In this document: one piece after another, positions 39,152-48,578 of the stretch | How positions within the stretch are numbered: position 1 is the first letter of the stretch | Layout: each line of letters begins with the position of its first letter | DNA from: Gemmatimonadota bacterium | GTDB lineage: Bacteria > Gemmatimonadota > Gemmatimonadetes > Gemmatimonadales > GWC2-71-9 | Reading direction: 5' to 3' | DNA: 64,000 nt | Assembly (NCBI GenBank): GCA_003221005.1 | Contig: QHTZ01000099.1 | Location: 2,829-66,828 of the forward strand | Notes under the pieces: generated by a model | Told to the model about the DNA's origin: nothing | Seen by the model: only the letters and a program-made list of their open reading frames with translations | The model's database searches: none | Position numbers and translations under genes: made by a program

Positions 39152-41643
39152 TAGCGATGTCTCGATGCTGTCGCTATGGTGTCTACGTCTTCCCAGGGCG
39201 GCGGCACGTACGTCGGCTCAGGCCAAGGGATGGCGGGGAAGCTGGTGGGGCCGTAGCGGGGCGGCTCTCCCTTGGCTTTGCGCTTGAGCGCCTTGAGCAC
39301 CTTCTCGGGGGTGATCGGGACTTCGTCCACGCGGACCCCCACGGCGTCGTACACGGCGTTCGCTACCGCCGGCATGACGGGGAGGAGCGGTCCCTGTCCG
39401 GCCTCTTTCGCGCCGAACGGCCCATTCGGGTCCGGGTGCTCCACGATGTAGGTGACGACGTCACACATCTCGAGCGTGGTCGGGCTCTTGTACTCGAGCA
39501 GGCTGGGGATCTTGTGCACCACGTGGCGATTGGCCCGATACGGCATTTCCTCCATGAGCGCTTCGCCGAGTCCCATGTAGACGCTGCCTTCGATCTGGCC
39601 GATGACCGCCGCCGCGTTGATGCAGCGCCCGACATCGTGGGCGATCCAGATCCGCGGCACCCGCACGATCCCGGTGTCGGGCTCGACTACCACCTCAGCT
39701 ACGGCCGCGCTGTACGAATACGCGGGCGACGGTCCCACTCCCGCCCCGCGGTAGCGCCCCGACGCGGGGCTGCGCGGCGGCGTGTACGACCCCATGGTGC
39801 CTACCGTTCCCTGTGCCGCTTCGGCGAGCTGGACCGCCTCGGCGAAGCTGATGGCGCGGGTCGGGTCTGCCGCGTCGCAGACCCTCCCGTCGGCGAACCG
39901 CACCCGCACGGCGCTCACACCGAGGCGCTCCCCGGCATAGCGGGCGAGGATGTCACGTGCCCGTTCGGCGGCCTGAATAGCCGCGTTTCCGGTCATCAGC
40001 GTGACCCGGCTCGAATAGCTCCCCAGGTCCACCGGCGTGAGATCGGTGTCGGCGGCTACGACGGCGACGTCGAAGGGGTCGAGCCCCAGGACTTCCGCGA
40101 CGATGATGGCGAGGACGGAGTCCGAGCCCTGGCCGATTTCGGTGGAGCCGCAGAACACCGTCACGCCCCCGCCGCGGTCGCACTTGAGCTGCACGCCCGA
40201 GTGCGGCATGTCGTTCCAGTACACGGGCAGCCCGGCGCCCGTGAGGTAGCTCGAGCAGGCGAGCCCGACGCCCTGGCCGAACGGCAGCTTGCGGAAGTGG
40301 TCCTTCCATCCCGACCCGTCCACCACCTTGCGGATACAGTCGCCCAGGCCGATCGAGCCGACGCGCAGGTAGTTCGCCGTGACGCTGTCGGGGGGGACGA
40401 GGTGGCGGAGCCGCAGCTCGGCGGGATCGAGGCCGAGCTGCTCTGCGATCTTGTCGAGGTGGACCTCGAGGGCGAAGCGGGGTTGCGGCGTGCCGTGGCC
40501 GCGCTTGGGGCCGCACGGCGGCTTGTTGGTGAAGGCGCGTGCGCCCTGGAACTTGTACCGGGGAATGTGATACGTGACTGTCTGGAGCGCCCCCGTGTAG
40601 TACGTGCTCGCGACGCCGTAGGACCCATACGCTCCGCCGTCGAGCAGCGACCGGAAATGCATCGCCGTGATGGCGCCATCGCGCTTCACACCCGTCTTCA
40701 CCCACATGAGCGTCGGGTGGCGCCCGCGGTGGCAGTAGAACACCTCCTCCCGCGTCAGGGTGATCTTCACCGGCCGGCCGGTCACCATGGCGAGCTTCGC
40801 CACCACGATCTCGTGGCTGAAGGGGTCGCTCTTGCCCCCGAACGCGCCGCCGTTGGGCGTCGCGATCACGCGGATGCGGGCGGGCGGGAGCTCGAGCACC
40901 TGGGCCAGGGCGCGGTGCACGTAGTGTGGTGTCTGCGTCGAGCTCCAGAGCGTCAGCTTGCGGTCCGGCGACCAGTCCGCCACGGCCGCGTGCTGCTCCA
41001 TGGGGAGGTGCGTGCTCCCCTCGAAGAAAAGCAGGTCCTCACGCACCAGATCCGCCTCGGCGAAGCCGCGCTCCACGTCGCCGAATTCGAGGGAGACGAC
41101 CTTGTGGAGATTGCCCCCGTGTCCGTAGTCGTGGATGCGCGGGTCCGGGGTCTCGACTGCGTCCTCCGCCGACGCGATGGCCGCGAGCGGCTCGTACTCG
41201 ACCACGATCAGGTCGAGCGCCGCGGTAGCGATCTCCTCGCTCCTGGCGGCGACGGCGGCAACCGGGTCTCCGACGAATCGCACCTTGTCGAGCGCCAGGG
41301 CGTGCTCGTCCTGGCTCACGGGCAGGATGCCGAAGGGGATCGGGAGGTCTCGCCCGGTGAGCACCGCATGCACGCCGTCGAGCGCGAGGGCACGCGAGAC
41401 GTCAATGCGCCGGATACGGGCGTGCGGCTGGGTGGAGCGCAGCACCTTGGCGAACAGCATGCGGGGCAGGAACAGGTCATCGGCGAACTTGGTGACGCCG
41501 GTGACTTTCGCGGTGGCGTCGACCTTGCGGAACGCCTTCCCAATGCGACGGAAGGACGGGACGGCAGGGGGACCCATGCTAGTGTCCTGTATCCCCTTTC
41601 CGTCCTTCCGTCGTTCCGTCGCTTTTCTCTTACCGGCGGCCAT
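39151..41643 (-). CDS. Xanthine-oxidase-family molybdopterin subunit (HcrA-like)
   Basis: GGAFGGK, EIGQG, GSYSSR, AKEAGQG; GGAG RBS before ATG 41643 (alternative start 41577). Confidence 0.9.
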   Translation of the reverse strand: MAAGKRKATERRKDGKGIQDTSMGPPAVPSFRRIGKAFRKVDATAKVTGVTKFADDLFLPRMLFAKVLRSTQPHARIRRIDVSRALALDGVHAVLTGRDLPIPFGILPVSQDEHALALDKVRFVGDPVAAVAARSEEIATAALDLIVVEYEPLAAIASAEDAVETPDPRIHDYGHGGNLHKVVSLEFGDVERGFAEADLVREDLLFFEGSTHLPMEQHAAVADWSPDRKLTLWSSTQTPHYVHRALAQVLELPPARIRVIATPNGGAFGGKSDPFSHEIVVAKLAMVTGRPVKITLTREEVFYCHRGRHPTLMWVKTGVKRDGAITAMHFRSLLDGGAYGSYGVASTYYTGALQTVTYHIPRYKFQGARAFTNKPPCGPKRGHGTPQPRFALEVHLDKIAEQLGLDPAELRLRHLVPPDSVTANYLRVGSIGLGDCIRKVVDGSGWKDHFRKLPFGQGVGLACSSYLTGAGLPVYWNDMPHSGVQLKCDRGGGVTVFCGSTEIGQGSDSVLAIIVAEVLGLDPFDVAVVAADTDLTPVDLGSYSSRVTLMTGNAAIQAAERARDILARYAGERLGVSAVRVRFADGRVCDAADPTRAISFAEAVQLAEAAQGTVGTMGSYTPPRSPASGRYRGAGVGPSPAYSYSAAVAEVVVEPDTGIVRVPRIWIAHDVGRCINAAAVIGQIEGSVYMGLGEALMEEMPYRANRHVVHKIPSLLEYKSPTTLEMCDVVTYIVEHPDPNGPFGAKEAGQGPLLPVMPAVANAVYDAVGVRVDEVPITPEKVLKALKRKAKGEPPRYGPTSFPAIPWPEPTYVPPPWEDVDTIATASRHR
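41547..41621. repeat. Inverted octamer-array hairpin (GACGGAAG / TTCCGTCN) in the 5' end of the Mo subunit gene
   Basis: GACGGAAGGACGG... at 41547; TTCCGTCC TTCCGTCG TTCCGTCG at 41598-41621. Confidence 0.8.
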
Positions 41644-42073
41644 AGAGGCTCTCCGGGGCCGGTGTCGAATCTTCACCACGCAGGCGGGCCGCAGCCATTT
41701 CCACCGCTTCGTAGATCTTGTCGCGCAGCAGCGCAAGGGCGGTGAGCAGGAACGCCGGGGTGCAGTAGCCGCACTGCGCCGCGCCCAGCTCGGCGAACGT
41801 GTCCTGCAACGGGTGCAACTGCCCGCGCGCGGCCATCCCCTCGACGGTTTGCACTCGGCGCCCAGCGCACGCCTGGCCGAGCACGAGGCAGGACAGCACG
41901 GGCCGGTCGTCCAGCAGCACGGTGCAGGTGCCGCATTCGCCCAGCTCGCAACCGTGCTTCGTTCCGGTGAGGCCGAGGTCCTCGCGCAGCACTTCGAGCA
42001 GCGTCTTGTGGGGGGCAAACGCGACCTCGGCCGGCTCGCCGTTAAGGTCGAGCGCGATCTTGACCTTGGCCAT
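41630..42073 (-). CDS. [2Fe-2S] subunit (HcrC/CoxS-like); the second-cluster CxC segment is missing
   Basis: GCELGECGTC and QCGYCTP present; NLCRCTGY segment absent before KIYEAV. Confidence 0.85.
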   Translation of the reverse strand: MAKVKIALDLNGEPAEVAFAPHKTLLEVLREDLGLTGTKHGCELGECGTCTVLLDDRPVLSCLVLGQACAGRRVQTVEGMAARGQLHPLQDTFAELGAAQCGYCTPAFLLTALALLRDKIYEAVEMAAARLRGEDSTPAPESLYGRR

Positions 42074-42131
42074 ACGCGAAACCTAACAGCCTTGGCGCCC
42101 CGGCAGTGCAGCGGTATCATTCGCGGCATCC

Positions 42132-43352
42132 ATGGTCCCTCGAGCGATCGCCGCGCCGCTGCTGACACTGGGTCTCTGGGTCGGTCCAGCTCGCCACCTG
42201 ACCGCCCAAGCGCCCGCCTACCGCGACAGCGCGGTGCGCATCCTCCGCACAGTCCCCCTCATCGACGGCCACAACGACATTCCCGACGCGATCCGCGAGC
42301 ACGGCGGGCTCGACTCGGTGAACTTCGCGGTACCGCAGCCCAAGCTGATGACCGACATCCCCCGGCTCAGGGCCGGCGCAGTGGGGGCCCAGTTCTGGGC
42401 GGCGTACGTTCCGGTGACGACGCTCCATGGCGGCGAGCACCCCGGCGTTTACGCGCTCGAGCAGATCGACCTCATCCATCGGCTGTGTCGCAAGTACCCT
42501 CAGACGTTCGCAATCGCGCTGACCGCCGCCCAGGTTCAGGCAAACTTCGCCCGGGGACGCATCTCATGCCTCATCGGGATCGAGGGCGGTCACGCGATCG
42601 AGAACTCGCTTGGAGCGCTGCGGATGTTCTACGCGCTCGGCGTACGCTACATGACCCTGACACACTGGGAGACGATTGATTGGGCGGACGCCGCGACTGA
42701 CAGCGCCAAACACGGCGGCCTGACGCCGTTCGGCGAGGACGTGGTGCGTGAGATGAACCGCCTCGGCATGCTGGTGGATCTGGCGCACGTGTCGGACGGC
42801 ACCATGAGCGCGGCGCTGCGCGTGTCGCGCGCCCCCGTCATCTTCTCGCACTCTTCCGCCCGGGCGCTGTCCAACCACGTGCGCAATGTGCCCGACTCGA
42901 TCTTGCTGCGGGTCAAGGCAAACGGCGGCATCGTCATGGTGAACTTCTATCCCGCGTTTGTGTCGGAGGCGCTGCGCCAGCATGAGGAGAGCGGGCAGGC
43001 GCGGGTGCGCGCATTCCGCGCGGCGGGGCTCGACAGCGCCGCGATCGCGGACTCGACCCGCCGTTGGGCGGCGGCGGCACCGCACGCTACCCTCGCTCAG
43101 GTTGCGGACCATATCGATTACGTCCGCAAGGTGGCCGGCGTGGACCACGTGGGCGTGGGCTCGGACTTCGACGGCATCACCACGACGCCCGACGGCCTGG
43201 AGGACGTGTCGAAATTCCCAGATCTGATTGCGGAGCTGCTGCGCCGTGGCTGGACGGCACAGGATATTCGCAAGCTGGCGGGGCTGAACCTACTGCGAGT
43301 GATGAGCGAGGCAGAGAGGGTGGCTGGGCAGGGTCTAGCTGGTAGTCGATAG
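42132..43352 (+). CDS. Membrane dipeptidase (peptidase M19)
   Basis: IDGHND, IEGGH, DLAH, FSHS, GSDFDG; signal peptide. Confidence 0.93.
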   Translation: MVPRAIAAPLLTLGLWVGPARHLTAQAPAYRDSAVRILRTVPLIDGHNDIPDAIREHGGLDSVNFAVPQPKLMTDIPRLRAGAVGAQFWAAYVPVTTLHGGEHPGVYALEQIDLIHRLCRKYPQTFAIALTAAQVQANFARGRISCLIGIEGGHAIENSLGALRMFYALGVRYMTLTHWETIDWADAATDSAKHGGLTPFGEDVVREMNRLGMLVDLAHVSDGTMSAALRVSRAPVIFSHSSARALSNHVRNVPDSILLRVKANGGIVMVNFYPAFVSEALRQHEESGQARVRAFRAAGLDSAAIADSTRRWAAAAPHATLAQVADHIDYVRKVAGVDHVGVGSDFDGITTTPDGLEDVSKFPDLIAELLRRGWTAQDIRKLAGLNLLRVMSEAERVAGQGLAGSR

Positions 43353-43373
43353 TTCTCCCCGTCTCGCTTTTGC

Positions 43374-44789
43374 CTATCCTGCCACCTGTTTTCCTGTCGC
43401 CTCAAACCCCTTTCTCGTCATCTCGCCCCACACCGCCCGCTGCCTCCATACCGTGAAGAATGCCCGTAGCCGCCACCACACCGTGCGCTGGCGGTACCCG
43501 AAGTTCTCGAGCATCGCGAACAGCACGAGGCGCGCAAGGTCGCCGAGGCGGCGGTAGCGGCGGAAGCTGACCTCCTCGAGCACCACGGCCCAGAGCGACA
43601 GCAGCATCCCGTAACCCCAGGCGACGAGCATGAACAGCAGGGCGAACGAGGTGCTCACTACGCCGGCCGCTGCCCCCGCGACGGTGATCACGTACCCCAG
43701 GACCTCGACGAGGGGCGCGAGCATCTCGCCGAACGTGTAGAACGGCACGGCCACGAGTCCCACGCGGCCGTACCGCGGGTTCAGCAGCATGCCCTTGTAT
43801 TCCCACATCGCGGCGATAAGGCCGCGATGCCAGCGCTCGCGCTGGCGGGCGAGGACGCGCGCCGATTCCGGTACCTCGGTCCAGGCCACCGGGTCGGGGA
43901 TGAAGGAGATCTCGTAGGGGATCTTGCGGAGTCGCAAGTAGCGGTGCAGGCGCACGACGAGGTCGAGGTCTTCCACGATACTGCTGCTGTGGTAGCCTCC
44001 GACCGCGAGCAGGTGGTCCTTGCGGAACAGCCCGAACGCCCCGGAGATGATGAGATTGCCGCCGAGGCGGTTCCAGCCGAGCCGGCCGAACAGGAACGCC
44101 CGCAGGTATTCGACGACCTGGACGCCGGGGAGGAAGTGCCGAGGGACGCGCGCGTCCGTCACGCGGCCATGCTCGACGACGCAGCCGTTCGCGACGCGCA
44201 CCGTCCCGCCCACCGCCGCGATCTCACGCCCCAGCAGGAAAGGGCGCGTGAGCCGCAGCAGCGCGTCGGGCTCGATCAGGGTATCGGCGTCCACGGCGAT
44301 GACGAGGGGGAAGCGGCTGGCGTTGATGGCAGTGTTGAGCGAGTCCGCCTTGCCGCCGTTTTCCTTGTCGATCACGAGGAGACGGGTCCGCGTCCGGGAG
44401 CGGTACAGCGCGCGCAGCGTCCGCGTGGGGAGCGTCTCGGGGTAGGTGCGCGGGACCTCGTACAGGTCGAAGGCGTGCCGCAGCGCCTCGAGCGTGCCGT
44501 CCTGCGAGCCGTCGTTCACGACCACCACTTCGTAGTTGCGGTACTCGAGCGTGAGGATCGCGGTCACACTAGCCTCGATCGTCGCCTGCTCGTTGTGGGC
44601 GGGGACGAGGATCGTGATCGGGGGCAGCGCGTCGCTCTGCATCAGGCGCTGGAAGTCGTCGTCTTCGGCGAGCCGCGTCTGCTCCCAGATCTCGGGGACC
44701 GACAGCACGAGCAGCAGGGCGTAGAACGAGTTCAGGGCCAGGAAGTAGACCAGGATCACGAGGTCGGTCGTCTGAACCAGCTCGGTCAT
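43374..44789 (-). CDS. Processive GT2 glycosyltransferase (PgaC/IcaA/BcsA-like)
   Basis: PAHNE, NDGS, GKADSLN, DAD, VED, QRERW. Confidence 0.93.
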   Translation of the reverse strand: MTELVQTTDLVILVYFLALNSFYALLLVLSVPEIWEQTRLAEDDDFQRLMQSDALPPITILVPAHNEQATIEASVTAILTLEYRNYEVVVVNDGSQDGTLEALRHAFDLYEVPRTYPETLPTRTLRALYRSRTRTRLLVIDKENGGKADSLNTAINASRFPLVIAVDADTLIEPDALLRLTRPFLLGREIAAVGGTVRVANGCVVEHGRVTDARVPRHFLPGVQVVEYLRAFLFGRLGWNRLGGNLIISGAFGLFRKDHLLAVGGYHSSSIVEDLDLVVRLHRYLRLRKIPYEISFIPDPVAWTEVPESARVLARQRERWHRGLIAAMWEYKGMLLNPRYGRVGLVAVPFYTFGEMLAPLVEVLGYVITVAGAAAGVVSTSFALLFMLVAWGYGMLLSLWAVVLEEVSFRRYRRLGDLARLVLFAMLENFGYRQRTVWWRLRAFFTVWRQRAVWGEMTRKGFEATGKQVAG

Positions 44790-45847
44790 GCCGCGAACTC
44801 GGCGAGCGCCTGCGTTGAGAGCCCGAGCATGAGGTGAGCCATGTCGCGGGCGTTCTGGTCCGGGCCCACGTCCGCCTCGAGCAGCGCGTTGCGACCGGGC
44901 GGGCCGAAGCGCGTCAGCGCCAGGCCCGCGCGCAGCCGCACCCACCACTCGGGATCGCGCAGCGCAGCCTGCACCAGGGGTAGCGTCTGCGGGTCCCCGA
45001 GCATGCCGAGCGAGCGCACCGCCTGGGCGCGCACCGACCACTCGGCGGCGGCGGCGGCCCGCGTCAGCGTCGCGATCGATTCCGCGTGGGGATAGCTCCC
45101 GAGCCCCCGCACCGCCTGGGTACGGACCTCCGGGTCGCGATGATCAGCGAGCGCCGTGAGGCGCTCGCGCAGCGCGGGCTCTTGGAGCCGGGCCGCGAAT
45201 TCCGCCAGGCGCGCCAGGGCGGGGTCATCGGTCCGGCGCAGCATCTTGAGGAGCAGCTGCACGACGACCGGTCGGGAGCGCCGCAACATGCCCGCGTAAT
45301 ACGCCCCGACCGTTGGGGCGAGCTTGGGCAGCCGCTCGAGCGCCGCGGTGGCGAGCGCGGCGCTCTCGAGCCGCTCCAGGGTGGCTACGGCCGCGATGTG
45401 CACGGCGGGGTGGGGATCACGCAGCAGCTTGAGGACGCGGGCGGTGTCGGCCGGCACCGCCGCGATGGACAGGAAGCGCGCCGTCTCGAGGCGCTTCCAC
45501 CACCGCGCCGAGCCGCTGTTGGCGCGTACCAGCCGGGCCCACCATTGATGCGCGAGCGTGGCGGCGAGCCGCTGCCACCGGTCCCCCGGCACCCGCGCCG
45601 ACCAGCTCACGAGCGCGTCCACGGCCAGCGGGGCCGGCAGCCGGGCGAGCCGCAGCAGGACCATACCCACGTCCGCCTGGCCCAGCGCCCAGCGCTGCAT
45701 CACCGCGTCGACCGCCAAGCGGCGCGGGTGGACCCGGGCGCGACGCCGCAGCCGAAACCAGCGGTTGAGGACGATCAACACGATCAGGGAGGCCAGCAGC
45801 ACGCCCTGCACGAGCCCGACGATCGCGAGGAACTGGCGGCTCGTCAC
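44786..45847 (-). CDS. Membrane-anchored HEAT-repeat protein
   Basis: N-terminal TM segment; repeats DPEVRTQAVRGLG, WSVRAQAVRSLG, DPEWWVR. Confidence 0.85.
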   Translation of the reverse strand: MTSRQFLAIVGLVQGVLLASLIVLIVLNRWFRLRRRARVHPRRLAVDAVMQRWALGQADVGMVLLRLARLPAPLAVDALVSWSARVPGDRWQRLAATLAHQWWARLVRANSGSARWWKRLETARFLSIAAVPADTARVLKLLRDPHPAVHIAAVATLERLESAALATAALERLPKLAPTVGAYYAGMLRRSRPVVVQLLLKMLRRTDDPALARLAEFAARLQEPALRERLTALADHRDPEVRTQAVRGLGSYPHAESIATLTRAAAAAEWSVRAQAVRSLGMLGDPQTLPLVQAALRDPEWWVRLRAGLALTRFGPPGRNALLEADVGPDQNARDMAHLMLGLSTQALAEFAA

Positions 45848-46629
45848 CTCCCGACCCAGCGGCGGATCTTCTCGAGCGCTACCCGCAAACTGATCGGCTT
45901 GACGAGATAGTCGAGCGCGCCCGCCTCGAGGCCCCGCAGCTGCTCGGCTTCGTTCCCGTGCACCGTGGTGAACACCACCCGGAACGTCCCCGGGCGCTCG
46001 CGCTGCAGCGTATCGAAGATGGAGTAGCCGTCCAGCGCCGGGAGGTCGACGTCGAGCAGCAGCAGCGGGTGCGCCTCCCCGGAGTCGAGGGCGAGCAGCG
46101 CGTCCAGTGCCTCGCGGCCGTTGCGGAACAGGCGGAAGCGGTAGCCGCGGGATTGCAGTCCGTAGCTCAGCAGCTCGGCGAGCGCCGGGTCGTCCTCGAC
46201 GAGGATCACCTCAGGCGTCTCCGGCCCCGCCCTGGGCCGGTCCGCCGGCATGGATGCCGGTCCAGGCTGCGGCGCGGCCGGGGTCGATATCGGCGCTTCC
46301 AGTCCCAGGGCCCCAGCCAGGCGAAGTACGAACCAGCGCGCCAGCGAACCCCGGTCTGCCTCGGTGTCGCCAGGCCGCGCCGCCCAATCTTTCGCGGTCT
46401 CCTCCATCCCGGCCGCCAGCCGCGAAGCGGACCAGAACCCGTACGAGCCGGCGGACCCGTGGATCTTGTGCACCTCACGGCGCAGCGCCTCCAGGGCCTC
46501 GACGTCGTCGTTCCGGGCGGCGAGCCGGTCGGCCAGCTGGGCGAGCAGCTGCAACTGCCCGCGGGCGCTCTGGAGGTACTCCTCGAGCAGCCCCGGTGGC
46601 AGCTCCGCTGGGGTCGGGTCGGCGGACAT
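45844..46629 (-). CDS. Hpt-REC phosphorelay protein
   Basis: HKIHGSAGSYG (Hpt); VEDD, LLDVDLP, KP (REC). Confidence 0.88.
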   Translation of the reverse strand: MSADPTPAELPPGLLEEYLQSARGQLQLLAQLADRLAARNDDVEALEALRREVHKIHGSAGSYGFWSASRLAAGMEETAKDWAARPGDTEADRGSLARWFVLRLAGALGLEAPISTPAAPQPGPASMPADRPRAGPETPEVILVEDDPALAELLSYGLQSRGYRFRLFRNGREALDALLALDSGEAHPLLLLDVDLPALDGYSIFDTLQRERPGTFRVVFTTVHGNEAEQLRGLEAGALDYLVKPISLRVALEKIRRWVGR

Positions 46630-46709
46630 AGTACAACATGGGGAATCCGGCTCCGGGAATGCCATAGCCGCAGGGGGGATGTCGCTGGCTATAATGGGGT
46701 TTGGGGGCT

Positions 46710-47177
46710 ATGCCGCCGCACAACGCCGCGCCGGATCCCGAGGCCGTGGGACTGTGCTTCACCTGCCGCTGGAAGCGAGCTCTCACGAGTCGGCGCGGCT
46801 CGACGTTCTTTCGCTGCGCCCGCGCCGAAACTGACCCCCGCTTCGTGCGCTATCCCCCGCTGCCCGTCCGCTCGTGCAGCGGCTACGAGGAGGCCATGCT
46901 CTACGTCGTCCTGAACCACTACACCCAGCCGCTCGCGGCCGTGGACGCCGTGCGTGCGAAGCACCTCGAGTACCTGGAGCGCTACGCCCGCGAGGGCGTG
47001 TTTTACGCCTGGGCCCGGCGCGATCCGCCAATCGGCGGCGTGATCGTCGCTCTCGTCCCGGACCGCGCGACGCTGGAAGCGATCCTCGCGCAGGACCCCT
47101 ATATCCGGGCGGGCGTCGCGCGCGCTGAGCTCGTCGAGTTCCACGCCGCGAACGTGCGCGGCGCGCTGCGCACCTGA
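46710..47177 (+). CDS. Four-Cys small domain fused to a YciI-like domain
   Basis: CFTC...C...C followed by HLEYL...GG...DPY; internal RBS and ATG at 46896. Confidence 0.7.
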   Translation: MPPHNAAPDPEAVGLCFTCRWKRALTSRRGSTFFRCARAETDPRFVRYPPLPVRSCSGYEEAMLYVVLNHYTQPLAAVDAVRAKHLEYLERYAREGVFYAWARRDPPIGGVIVALVPDRATLEAILAQDPYIRAGVARAELVEFHAANVRGALRT

Positions 47178-47330
47178 GTCAGACGGTTCCTGACGGTGCG
47201 AGGCGTAACCTCAGTCCCCACCGGCAAGTACCGCGCATCACGCCGTGCGGTCTTGGGCGCCGCTATTGCGCAGGCTCCCCTCGGTCGCCACTATGGGGCC
47301 GCGCCCCCCCGAAAACGAGCGAGGTCTTTC

Positions 47331-48257
47331 GTGGTCCATCCCACGCTGGTGGAGCGGGCCAAACTCTTTCTGTATCGCTACTTCGAGCGGATCTTCGTGC
47401 TGCTGCTCGTGGGCGCGATGGTGGTCATCCACACGCTCGTCGAGCAGAAGTTCGCCTTCCTGAGCTTTTACTACCTGCCGGTCATTCTCGCCGGGTTCTA
47501 CGGCGGGCGGCGGTTCGCCGTGGTCTCGGGGGTGTTCGTAGCGAGCCTGGTGTTCTTCTACCAGGCGGTCCAGGGGCTGGACATGCTCCCTGGTCTGTAC
47601 GCGGGCGCCCTGCTCGGCCTCGTTCCATGGGCGGGGTTCCTGATCCTCACCGGCTACGTCGTTGGTCGGCTCGCCGAGCAGCGCGAGGCGAGGCTCGCCG
47701 AGGTGAAGAACGCTTACATGGCGACGCTCGAGCTCCTGGCGTTTCACATCGAGTCGTCCGAGAAGCACCTGCAGGGGCACAGCAACCGCGTCGCGCAGCT
47801 AGCGGAGGCGATCGCGCTCGAGCTGAAGCTGCCGGAGGAGGAACGCGAGAACCTGCGGGTCGGGGCGCTGCTGCATGAAGTGGGGACGCGCGACCAGCGG
47901 CTGCTGCGGCTCCTGTCCCGCTCCGAGAGCGACGCGGCCGTTCCCGTCGCGCGCGCGATGCACGGGGCGGCGGCGATCATCGCCGAATACGCGCACTATT
48001 ACGAGATCGTGGGCGAGGACTGGGACATCGATGCGCTCTCGATCCCGGTGACCGTGAAGGTCCTGGCGGTAGCGGACTCGTTCGAGACACTCCAGATGTC
48101 GACGCCGGTGCGCGAAGCGTTCCCGAAGTGGCGGGCGCTGGAGGAGATCGAGAAGGGGGCGGGAAAAACTTTCGCGCAGGACGTGGTCCGGGCCCTCCGC
48201 GTCGTCGCGGGCCGGCCCGAGGTGTCCACGCCCCTCGCCGGCCTCAAGGTCGTCTAG
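47331..48257 (+). CDS. Membrane protein with degenerate HD-GYP-like domain
   Basis: About 4 TM segments; GHSNRVA, LLHEVG, AVADSF; no GYP motif. Confidence 0.75.
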   Translation: MVHPTLVERAKLFLYRYFERIFVLLLVGAMVVIHTLVEQKFAFLSFYYLPVILAGFYGGRRFAVVSGVFVASLVFFYQAVQGLDMLPGLYAGALLGLVPWAGFLILTGYVVGRLAEQREARLAEVKNAYMATLELLAFHIESSEKHLQGHSNRVAQLAEAIALELKLPEEERENLRVGALLHEVGTRDQRLLRLLSRSESDAAVPVARAMHGAAAIIAEYAHYYEIVGEDWDIDALSIPVTVKVLAVADSFETLQMSTPVREAFPKWRALEEIEKGAGKTFAQDVVRALRVVAGRPEVSTPLAGLKVV

Positions 48258-48508
48258 CGGGTCTCGGGCTCCCGGCGCCCACTCGCGACGCCGCCGGCCA
48301 CGCCGGCGCCGAACGCGATGGCGGTCGCCACCGTGACGAGCGGTAGGGCGGCGACGGGGAGCGCGAGCGCGGTGGCTGCCACCCCGGCGACGAGCGGTGC
48401 CGCGGGTCGGCGGATGGCATCCACGAAGCGCAGCCGGCGCCGCACGAAGCTGCGGGCCCCCAAGAACCCGCTCCCCAGGGCCGCAGCGGCGAGCAACAGT
48501 CCGATCAT
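48254..48508 (-). CDS. Small membrane protein
   Basis: GGAGG RBS; hydrophobic 84 aa; FVRRRLRFVDA. Confidence 0.7.
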   Translation of the reverse strand: MIGLLLAAAALGSGFLGARSFVRRRLRFVDAIRRPAAPLVAGVAATALALPVAALPLVTVATAIAFGAGVAGGVASGRREPETR

Positions 48509-48578
48509 GCGACCTCCTTGTCCGGACGTCTACGCGGCTCGGGGACGTCTGGTTTCACGCGTGAACGACAGCGGTCAG

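Noticed and set aside
43325-43401. Degenerate CCTG-containing repeats at the dipeptidase/GT2 junction
   Set aside because: Too degenerate to define a repeat unit or a stem with confidence.
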